Shown piece by piece: positions 25,200 through 32,000 of a DNA stretch of 32,000 nt. Origin of the DNA: Amphibacillus sediminis NBRC 103570 (GTDB lineage Bacteria; Bacillota; Bacilli; Bacillales; Amphibacillaceae). The notes under the pieces are model-generated. The model had not been told where the DNA came from. It ran no database searches and saw only the letters and a program-made list of their open reading frames with translations. A program made the translations under genes and the position numbers. How positions within the stretch are numbered: position 1 is the first letter of the stretch; each line of letters begins with the position of its first letter. The stretch is taken from the NCBI RefSeq assembly GCF_001552275.1, contig NZ_BCQW01000001.1, positions 366,800 to 398,799 on the forward strand, written 5' to 3'.

Positions 25200-27848
25200 T
25201 TAATTATTTTTCAATTCTTCTAGGCGAGCCATCACCTTTGCCCGCTTATCTAAATAGTCAGCTTCTTTTTGCTTTTCTTCAGCAACAACTTTTTCTGGGG
25301 CTTTCTTGATAAAACCTTCATTGCTTAACTTTTTCTGAACCCGATCCACTTCTTTATTTAACTTTTCTAGCTCAGCTGTTAAGCGTTCAATCTCCTTCTC
25401 AACATCAATTAATCCTGCCAGTGGTAAATAGAGCTCTGCTCCAGTTACAATAGCTGACATTGACTTCTCTGGCACTTCACTATTGAGATGAATCGTTAAT
25501 TCGTTTGTGTTACAGAAGCGCTCAATATAATGACGGTTAGACTCAAGCTGCTCAGCGATATCTGCATGATCTGGCTTTATCACAAGAACAATAGGCTTTG
25601 ACAATGGGGTATCCACTTCTGCTCGAATATTTCTTACTGAACGAATAATTGCAACAAGACGTTGCATCTCTGAAGCAGCTTGTTTATTCGTATAGGCTTC
25701 GTTAACTTTTGGCCATACCGCTTGGGTAATCGACTCACCTTCATGTGGAAGGTGCTGCCAGATTTCCTCTGTTACAAATGGCATAAATGGGTGGAGCATA
25801 CGTAAAATCTGATCCAATACATAGACAAGAATGGATCGTGTTGACTGTTTAGCCGCCTCATCATCGCCATAGAGCGGCAGCTTAGCCATCTCAATATACC
25901 AATCACAGAAATCATCCCAAATAAAGTTATACAAATAACGTCCAGCTTCACCAAAATCATAACGATCGGTATGACGATTAACTTGATTAATGGTCTCATT
26001 TAGGCGTGTTAGAATCCAATGATCGGCAACATTTTTATCCAATGTAAGATCGATATCCTGCAAAGTCATACCTTCAGTATTCATTAAAACAAATCGAGAA
26101 GCATTCCAGATTTTATTGATAAAGTTCCACGTTGATTCTACCTTTTCCCAATGGAAGCGCAAGTCCTGACCTGGTGTAGAGCCAGTTGCCAGGAAATAAC
26201 GTAATGAGTCTGCCCCATATTTATCGATGACATCCATAGGATCAACACCATTGCCTAATGACTTACTCATTTTCCGCCCTTCTGCATCGCGGACTAACCC
26301 GTGAATTAACACGTCATCAAATGGACGCTGGTTGGTAAAGTGCTTAGATTGAAAAATCATTCGAGCTACCCAGAAGAAAATGATGTCATAACCAGTAACC
26401 AGTGTACTAGTAGGGAAATAACGATTAAATTCTTTATCCTCTGTATCTGGCCAGTTTAATGTTGAGAACGGCCATAATGCCGAAGAAAACCAAGTATCCA
26501 AAACATCTGTATCTTGCTCCCAATGATCAAAATCAGCCGGTGCTTCTTTGCCAACATAAATCTCACCAGTATCCTTATGGTACCAAGCTGGGATGCGATG
26601 TCCCCACCATAATTGACGAGAAATACACCAATCTCTAATATTATCCATCCATCGTAGATAGGTGCCTTCAAACCGCTCGGGAACAAAGTTTACTTTTTCC
26701 GCTTGATTTTGTTGAAGCTTTACCGCTTCGTCTGCTAACGGCTGCATTTTTACAAACCACTGAGTCGATAAATAAGGTTCAACAACAGCTCCACTACGTT
26801 CAGAATGACCAACTGAATGAACGTGCTCTTCGATTTTAAATAAAACGCCTTGCTCTTGGAGATCTTGAACAATCTGTTTTCGGCACTCAAAACGATCCAT
26901 TCCCTCGTATTTGTCAGCATTTTCGTTCATTGTACCATCTTCATTCATCACCAATATACGTTCTAAATCATGACGGTTGCCAACTTCAAAGTCATTTGGA
27001 TCATGAGCTGGCGTAATTTTAACGACACCAGAACCAAACTCTCTATCAACATAGTCATCAGCAATAATCTCGATTTCACGACCGACAATAGGTAAAATCA
27101 CTTTCTTGCCAATTAGGTGTTGATAGCGCTCATCTTTTGGATGAACAGCTACAGCTGTATCGCCCAACATCGTTTCTGGACGTGTTGTTGCAATTTCAAT
27201 ATGTCCTGAGCCATCTTTTAATGGGTACTTCATATGGTAGAAGTGACCTGTCACTTCTTTATGAATAACTTCTATATCAGATAAAGCTGTTTGGGTTACA
27301 GGATCCCAATTGATAATATATTCACCACGATAAATTAACCCTTCTTGATAAAGTTGGACAAATACTTCTTTAACAGCTTCTGATAAGCCCTGATCAAGCG
27401 TAAATCGCTCTCGAGAATAGTCTAAGCCCAAACCTAGCTTCTCCCATTGCTTGCGAATAAATGAGGCATATGACTCTTTCCATTCCCAAGCTTTTTCCAG
27501 AAACTTTTCTCTACCGAGATCATAACGACTCGTTCCTTCTTCCCGTAGCTTTGCTTCCACTTTTGCCTGTGTCGCTATTCCTGCATGATCCATCCCTGGA
27601 AGATACAAAACATCATAGCCTTGCATCCGTTTGATTCTTGTAATAATATCTTGTAACGTCCCGTCCCACGCATGACCAATGTGGAGTTTCCCTGTTACAT
27701 TTGGTGGTGGGATCACGACAGTATAAGGCTTTTTATTAGGATCATGCGTTGCTTGAAAAAACTTGCCTTCTAGCCAAAATTGGTAGCGTCCTGTCTCAAT
27801 AGTGCTTGGATCATACTTCGGTGGTAAATTATGACCTTGATCATTCAT
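25200..27848 (-). CDS. valS: Valine--tRNA ligase
   Basis: 882 aa with a HIGH motif ([12 protein letters not shown]), a KMSKS motif ([10 protein letters not shown]) and a C-terminal coiled coil. Confidence 0.97.
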   Translation of the reverse strand: MNDQGHNLPPKYDPSTIETGRYQFWLEGKFFQATHDPNKKPYTVVIPPPNVTGKLHIGHAWDGTLQDIITRIKRMQGYDVLYLPGMDHAGIATQAKVEAKLREEGTSRYDLGREKFLEKAWEWKESYASFIRKQWEKLGLGLDYSRERFTLDQGLSEAVKEVFVQLYQEGLIYRGEYIINWDPVTQTALSDIEVIHKEVTGHFYHMKYPLKDGSGHIEIATTRPETMLGDTAVAVHPKDERYQHLIGKKVILPIVGREIEIIADDYVDREFGSGVVKITPAHDPNDFEVGNRHDLERILVMNEDGTMNENADKYEGMDRFECRKQIVQDLQEQGVLFKIEEHVHSVGHSERSGAVVEPYLSTQWFVKMQPLADEAVKLQQNQAEKVNFVPERFEGTYLRWMDNIRDWCISRQLWWGHRIPAWYHKDTGEIYVGKEAPADFDHWEQDTDVLDTWFSSALWPFSTLNWPDTEDKEFNRYFPTSTLVTGYDIIFFWVARMIFQSKHFTNQRPFDDVLIHGLVRDAEGRKMSKSLGNGVDPMDVIDKYGADSLRYFLATGSTPGQDLRFHWEKVESTWNFINKIWNASRFVLMNTEGMTLQDIDLTLDKNVADHWILTRLNETINQVNRHTDRYDFGEAGRYLYNFIWDDFCDWYIEMAKLPLYGDDEAAKQSTRSILVYVLDQILRMLHPFMPFVTEEIWQHLPHEGESITQAVWPKVNEAYTNKQAASEMQRLVAIIRSVRNIRAEVDTPLSKPIVLVIKPDHADIAEQLESNRHYIERFCNTNELTIHLNSEVPEKSMSAIVTGAELYLPLAGLIDVEKEIERLTAELEKLNKEVDRVQKKLSNEGFIKKAPEKVVAEEKQKEADYLDKRAKVMARLEELKNN

Positions 27849-27964
27849 TTCATCTTCCTCCTTTATTCAATAAACACAAGTCTAGCTTAGCTAAATCTCC
27901 TTTTTCAGCTTCTTTATAAATCAAGTTAGAACATTTTGACATAGCTGAATATGCCGAGCCATTC

Positions 27965-28250
27965 AAAATAAAAAACCCTTTTCGTCCTATAAAGGACGAA
28001 AAGGGTTGAGCAATCCGTGGTACCACCTTTGTTTATAGCCTATCATTGACTATACACTTCATTTTGATAACGGCTTTAACCGGTTTAACCTAGTAGTCAT
28101 TGTAATATGACGTTCAGTAAAACTACATCCAAGGCTACCTTCCACTGTCAGTGACTTAGAAATCTTCCAGCTAGTGATTTCCTCTCTGTCAAGTGTAAAC
28201 AATGTACTCTTCCTCTTCATCGTATTTTATTCGTTTCATTTCGTTTTGAT
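27965..28250 (-). promoter_or_regulatory. T-box riboswitch leader of valS (candidate GUA valine specifier)
   Basis: Stem I elements are present: a K-turn-like AUGAAGAGGAAGAGUA, the AG bay AGAGAGG and the distal loop GCUGGAAG. The specifier-loop GAAGGUAGCC has GUA at 28136..28138; the register is ambiguous with GGU. The T-box sequence AAAGGUGGUACCACGG is at 28015..28030. The terminator AACCCUUUUCGUCC/GGACGAAAAGGGUU plus a U-tract is at 27965..28007. Confidence 0.88.
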
Positions 28251-28257
28251 ATCGTTT

Positions 28258-28287
28258 ATTTTATCCAAAAACAAGTTAAAAAGTCAA
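28258..28287 (-). promoter_or_regulatory. Candidate sigma-A promoter of the valS T-box leader
   Basis: On the minus strand, TTGACT, 18 nt, TAAAAT, just upstream of stem I. Confidence 0.4.
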
Positions 28288-28367
28288 CAGGGATTTAACA
28301 ATTAAATGCTACATCCACAAACATGATGCATATAATACACCAAAAGGCGAATAAGAGAGGTGGACAT

Positions 28368-28556
28368 ATGGCTCGCTTTTATCGTTATCGGTTGCCACCA
28401 TGGTGTCAAAAGTGGCTAATCATAATTGAGCGTTGTTTAATTCCAATTATCGTTGTACAAGTGATTCGGACCTTGCTCTTCCCAACGACACTTGACGTTT
28501 TTTTGACTGGCCTGTTTATCGGTATTTATGTTGCTTTTTATCTTAAATGGATTTAA
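28368..28556 (+). CDS. Small hydrophobic protein, two predicted TM helices, unknown function
   Basis: MARFYRYRLPPWCQKWLIIIERCLIPIIVVQVIRTLLFPTTLDVFLTGLFIGIYVAFYLKWI. ATG 28368 lies behind SD GAGAGGTGG. It is divergent from valS. Confidence 0.5.
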   Translation: MARFYRYRLPPWCQKWLIIIERCLIPIIVVQVIRTLLFPTTLDVFLTGLFIGIYVAFYLKWI

Positions 28557-28603
28557 TTCAATAAGCTCATCCACACTATCCTAGATGATTAGCTAAGGCA
28601 TGC

Positions 28604-28636
28604 AAAAAGCCAATTCAACGAGCTCTTGAATTGGCT
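28604..28636. terminator. Hairpin terminator, better U-tract on the minus strand
   Basis: AGCCAATTCAA/TTGAATTGGCT is a perfect 11-bp stem with a 7-nt loop. On the minus strand it is followed by UUUUUG, on the plus strand only by UCUAUC. It lies about 50 nt after the plus-strand small ORF. Confidence 0.55.
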
Positions 28637-28962
28637 TCTATCATGTCTTTCATCTCTAAAGTAAATCATTGTACAACTTTCTACTTAACGTTTTTTAAAT
28701 AAATAAAGGGAGAAAAAAGTATTTTAAAAAGACCCTCTTACCACTACGTCCGTTACATCGTAGTATCCACATCTTAAGTCTTCGGTGATTATGATTACTA
28801 TTCTGAATCTAATATATTGCACAAATCTTCCCCTCAGATTTGAATTGATAAGCGATGATATCGGATGCTCTATACGATCATCATCAACTTCTATAATCAT
28901 ACACCTATTCTTGAAGATAGTTTTTTTAGTCAATTATCAACAGCTAGCTTTAACAAGCTTTC

Positions 28963-28995
28963 AAAAAACACCAAAAGATTCAGTGCCCTTTGGTG
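28963..28995 (-). terminator. Rho-independent terminator after spoVID
   Basis: Minus-strand CACCAAAG-GGCACUGAAUC-UUUUGGUG followed by UUUUUUG. It starts about 50 nt after the spoVID stop. Confidence 0.75.
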
Positions 28996-29045
28996 AATTT
29001 GCAAAAGCCCAAGTTAAGTTTAACTTGAGCTCTATTATGATTAAA

Positions 29046-30524
29046 TTAGTTTGGTACATAAATGACTTGCCCCTGATAAACCGAAGTGGTCTCTAATCGA
29101 TTAGCTTCTTGAAGCTGAGACAAGTTCAACCCATAACGATCAGCTATTACATCTAATGTGTCATCATTTTGAACAATATACATTTTCATTTGTGAATAAC
29201 GTTGTTCATCCTCTTGATCATCATCAAACAAATCTAATAAATAAGTTGGTCGATCTAGCTGATCTTCTTGATTGTCAGTGCCTTCTTCCGCATCCTGTTG
29301 CTCGTGTTCCCTTTTAGCTGAAGCTTGCTTGCTGTTGTGACTAACATTAGCTTTCGCTTCTGATTGGGATTTTTCTTGTTTTTTTCCTACTACTACTTCA
29401 AGTTGGGCATCTTTATTAGCTTCTTCGATAGTGTCTTCAGGTTGAGCGTCCTGTTCTTCTTTCTCGATTCCCAATTCAGAATGATCATTTCTATCATTAT
29501 TTTCGTTTGCTGATTCAGGGTGGTCACTTCTATCATTTTTCTCAATTCCCGATTTAGATTGGTCACTTCTGTCATTTTTTCCGGTTATTGGTTCAGCCTG
29601 ATCACTTTTATCGTTTTTCTCAATTCCCGATTCAGATTGGTCACTTCTGTCATTTTTTTCGGTTATTGGTTCAGCCTGATCACTTTTATCGTTTTTCTCA
29701 ATTCCCGATTTAGATTGATTACTTCTTTCATTTTTTTCGGTTATTGGTTCAGGCTGATTACTTTTATCGTTCTTCCCGACTATCGTTTCAAGTTGTTTTT
29801 CTCGATTATTTTTCTCAACTGTCGTTTCTGATCGATCATCTTTTTCAGTTACTAGTTCAACTTCCGCTGAGTTATTACTTTGCACGCTATTTTGATTTTC
29901 GCTAGCCTCTACTTCTTGCTGATCCGCTTTTTCCCGTTTAATATCTGCAGCGACAGGCTGTGTATCCTCTTTATATTTTATATCAAATTCAAATGGTTCA
30001 TCTTCAGACAGATCTTTTTGATCAAACGGTTCTGTATTGTCTTCCTTATCTGTATGGGGCAACTCTTCTTTAATCCGCTTCGTTGGTTGATGCTCTAATC
30101 CATGAATCAACACCGTTGCTTCTAATTCTAATTTACAGGCGTCTGGAAGGCGATAATCAAAGCTATCGATACTTACAGATAGATCATCGAGCCGCTTGAT
30201 ACGTTCATGCGGAATCGAAATATCAACGGGGAAATGATGAACAAATTCAAAAATACCATCCTCATCATGTTCAACTCTTTTCATATAACGAGCATTAGCC
30301 ATTTCAGGTTTATTAATTGTGTCCTGGGAATCTAAATCTGCTGGTAAATATTCCCCGGTTAATACAATAATTCCTCTTATCGAAATATAATCGGGATAAC
30401 TCTGGATGGTGATTTCTGGATCAAGTCCGATGCCAAGCATCTCTGCGACGCCTTCATTCTGTCGAAGCGCTAACGTTTCACATAGCTCAAATTGAAAAGC
30501 GCTATTATCTTCTTGTGCAGCCAT
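29046..30524 (-). CDS. spoVID: Spore coat morphogenetic protein SpoVID (N-terminal SpoVID domain, repetitive acidic middle, C-terminal LysM)
   Basis: The C-terminus YIVQNDDTLDVIADRYGLNLSQLQEANRLETTSVYQGQVIYVP is a LysM domain. The N-terminal ~150 aa resemble the SpoVID N-domain. Position is next to hemL as in B. subtilis. ATG 30524 lies behind SD AGGAGG. Confidence 0.8.
   Translation of the reverse strand: MAAQEDNSAFQFELCETLALRQNEGVAEMLGIGLDPEITIQSYPDYISIRGIIVLTGEYLPADLDSQDTINKPEMANARYMKRVEHDEDGIFEFVHHFPVDISIPHERIKRLDDLSVSIDSFDYRLPDACKLELEATVLIHGLEHQPTKRIKEELPHTDKEDNTEPFDQKDLSEDEPFEFDIKYKEDTQPVAADIKREKADQQEVEASENQNSVQSNNSAEVELVTEKDDRSETTVEKNNREKQLETIVGKNDKSNQPEPITEKNERSNQSKSGIEKNDKSDQAEPITEKNDRSDQSESGIEKNDKSDQAEPITGKNDRSDQSKSGIEKNDRSDHPESANENNDRNDHSELGIEKEEQDAQPEDTIEEANKDAQLEVVVGKKQEKSQSEAKANVSHNSKQASAKREHEQQDAEEGTDNQEDQLDRPTYLLDLFDDDQEDEQRYSQMKMYIVQNDDTLDVIADRYGLNLSQLQEANRLETTSVYQGQVIYVPN
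29358..29861 (-). repeat. In-frame tandem repeat array, 39-bp (13-aa) unit with 78-bp higher-order periodicity, about 12 copies
   Basis: Units include IEKNDKSDQAEP / ITEKNDRSDQSESG. The core copies (29508..29789) are near-identical and the flanks are decayed (VTEKDDRSET, VEKNNREKQLE, IEKEEQDAQPE, VGKKQEKSQSE). Confidence 0.9.
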
Positions 30525-30564
30525 TTCCTTTCCTCCTTTCAACTCAACAAGTCCTCTCCTAACA

Positions 30565-30592
30565 GTTATATGTTTATTCTAAGAGAATATGC
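30565..30592 (-). promoter_or_regulatory. Candidate sigma-E-type promoter for spoVID
   Basis: On the minus strand, GCATATT, 13 nt, CATATAAC, about 40 nt upstream of the spoVID start. B. subtilis spoVID is sigma-E dependent. Confidence 0.35.
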
Positions 30593-30704
30593 CAAGTTGT
30601 CAGTGGTCGAGCTATGGCTAACACCTTACATTAAGCTAATTTAACTTTGTTCAATTGAGCAACCATTATACTAATTTTGCATTCAAAAAACATCATTTAT
30701 ACAA

Positions 30705-32000
30705 CTATAAAGCTGCTTTTATTTTTGCAAAAGCACGATCAGCAGCTACAATAGTTAACTCAATATCTTCTTTCGTATGAGCCGTCGATAAAAAGACTCC
30801 TTCATACGGCGATGGCGGTAAAAAGATACCTGCCTCAATCATAGCCTGATAGTACTTTTTGAAATAATCATGATTAGATTGTTGCGCTATCTGGTAATCT
30901 GTCACAGGTTGTTCATTAAAGAAAAAGCCCACCATTGAACCTGCACGATTAACTTGAAGTGAAATCTGATGTCGCTTTGCAGCTTGCTGATAACCCTTAA
31001 CCAACTGTTCAAGCCGTTGATTTAAGATCTCATATGCCTGTTTGTCAAGTGCGGAAAGTGTCGCAAGTCCAGCGGTCATCGCTAATGGATTTCCCGATAA
31101 AGTACCTGCTTGATAGACACTGCCTACTGGCGCTACCCATTCCATTATATCGCGTCTGCCGCCATAAGCTCCAACCGGTAGCCCGCCTCCAATTACCTTC
31201 CCGAGACAAGTTAAATCCGGAGTGACATTATAGTGACCTTGAGCACTATGGTAACCGACCCGAAAACCTGTCATTACCTCATCAAAAATAAGTAAACTTC
31301 CAGCATCACGTGTTAGCGTTCTTAGCTCCTCCAAAAACCCAGGGTTTGGTGGGACAACGCCCATATTTCCAGCTACAGGCTCAACAATGACTGCCGCAAT
31401 GTCTGAATTAAATTGGTCAAAGGCATAACGAACACTTGCTAAATCATTATACGGAACAGTAATGGTTTGCTCTGCAACACTTTTAGGAACACCAGGACTG
31501 TCAGGAAGTCCAAGCGTCGCAACACCCGAACCTGCTTTAATTAGTAAAGAATCGCCATGGCCATGATAACAACCGACAAATTTAATGATTTTAGAACGAC
31601 CCGTATACCCTCTTGCTAAACGTAACGCACTCATTGTGGCTTCTGTACCAGAATTGACCATTCTAACCATTTCAATTGAAGGTACACGTTCAATAATTAG
31701 TGAAGCAAGCTCATTTTCTAACCGTGTCGGGGTACCAAAGCTTGTCCCGCCTTCCACAGCCATTTTAAGCTTTTCTACCACATGAGGATGAGCATGACCA
31801 AGAATTAGTGGTCCCCAACTTAATACATAATCAATATAGCTTTGCCCGTCAATATCGGTAATGCGTGAACCTGACCCTCTTTCCATAAAGATTGGATTCA
31901 TTCCTACGGCTTTAAAAGCACGCGCAGGTGAATTAACACCACCTGGTAGTAATTCTTTAGCCGTTTGATAGGCTTGGATCGATTCGTTAAATACCTTCAT
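30705..32000 (-). CDS. hemL: Glutamate-1-semialdehyde 2,1-aminomutase
   Basis: [29 protein letters not shown]..., a class III aminotransferase with the PLP lysine context LGKVIGGG. 431 aa. The ATG falls exactly at the window end (32000..31998). Confidence 0.95.
   Translation of the reverse strand: MKVFNESIQAYQTAKELLPGGVNSPARAFKAVGMNPIFMERGSGSRITDIDGQSYIDYVLSWGPLILGHAHPHVVEKLKMAVEGGTSFGTPTRLENELASLIIERVPSIEMVRMVNSGTEATMSALRLARGYTGRSKIIKFVGCYHGHGDSLLIKAGSGVATLGLPDSPGVPKSVAEQTITVPYNDLASVRYAFDQFNSDIAAVIVEPVAGNMGVVPPNPGFLEELRTLTRDAGSLLIFDEVMTGFRVGYHSAQGHYNVTPDLTCLGKVIGGGLPVGAYGGRRDIMEWVAPVGSVYQAGTLSGNPLAMTAGLATLSALDKQAYEILNQRLEQLVKGYQQAAKRHQISLQVNRAGSMVGFFFNEQPVTDYQIAQQSNHDYFKKYYQAMIEAGIFLPPSPYEGVFLSTAHTKEDIELTIVAADRAFAKIKAAL

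Noticed and set aside
28785-29096. 103-aa plus-strand ORF overlapping the 3' end of spoVID.
   Set aside because: It runs through two minus-strand terminators and the spoVID LysM coding region. It has no SD and its composition is hydrophobic and low-complexity.
29358-29861. Regular ~39-bp repeats, considered as a possible CRISPR array.
   Set aside because: The units are contiguous with no unique spacers. They are in frame within spoVID, and no cas genes are nearby.
29393-30098. ORFs at 29393..29575 (-), 29520..29831 (+; repetitive FLNSRFRLVTSVIF) and 29880..30098 (+).
   Set aside because: They are alternative-frame or antisense shadows of the spoVID repeat array. Their periodicity simply mirrors the 39-bp coding repeat.
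15669-31785. Other short ORFs nested in pilD, pilC, pilB, the PilX-like gene, the minor pilin, valS and hemL (for example 15669..15905, 17176..17358, 19563..19811, 21546..21749, 21951..22181, 22488..22700, 25772..25999, 26456..26686, 31034..31225, 31585..31785).
   Set aside because: All are embedded in or antisense to long conserved CDSs, and none has independent signals.

Overview
AT-rich Firmicute (Bacillaceae-like, spore-former) chromosome. Almost everything is on the minus strand and follows the Bacillus subtilis hemL...rpmA order: hemL, spoVID, valS (T-box leader), folC, [type IV pilus operon], SPOR-domain (SpoIIB-like) gene, radC, mreBCD, minCD, spoIVFA/B, an RNase G/E-family gene, rplU-prp-rpmA. 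Three things differ from the B. subtilis order as I recall it. (1) radC is split inside its HNHPSG/JAMM metal-binding motif by a 1657-nt group II intron (9983..11639). The intron has a GUGCG 5' end, an LtrB-like domain V, a domain VI with a bulged A, and EBS2/EBS1 matching the last 12 nt of exon 1. Its 378-aa encoded protein keeps the thumb/maturase (X) domain but has lost all reverse-transcriptase catalytic aspartates and the DNA-binding/endonuclease tail. This is the most interesting item. (2) A complete 11-gene type IV pilus cluster (two minor pilins, a large PilX_N protein, pilB, pilT, pilC, pilA, pilD, pilM, pilN, pilO) sits where B. subtilis has only comC. (3) An opposite-strand acidic lipoprotein gene separates radC from mreB, and neither maf nor ysxE is found in the intervals where B. 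subtilis has them. Other candidates are a GC-rich, self-complementary element in the valS-folC spacer, a terminator-containing pilA leader, and a 13-aa (39-bp) tandem repeat array inside spoVID. All calls come from reading the sequence and the ORF translations and from remembered family motifs. No database or covariance-model search was run.
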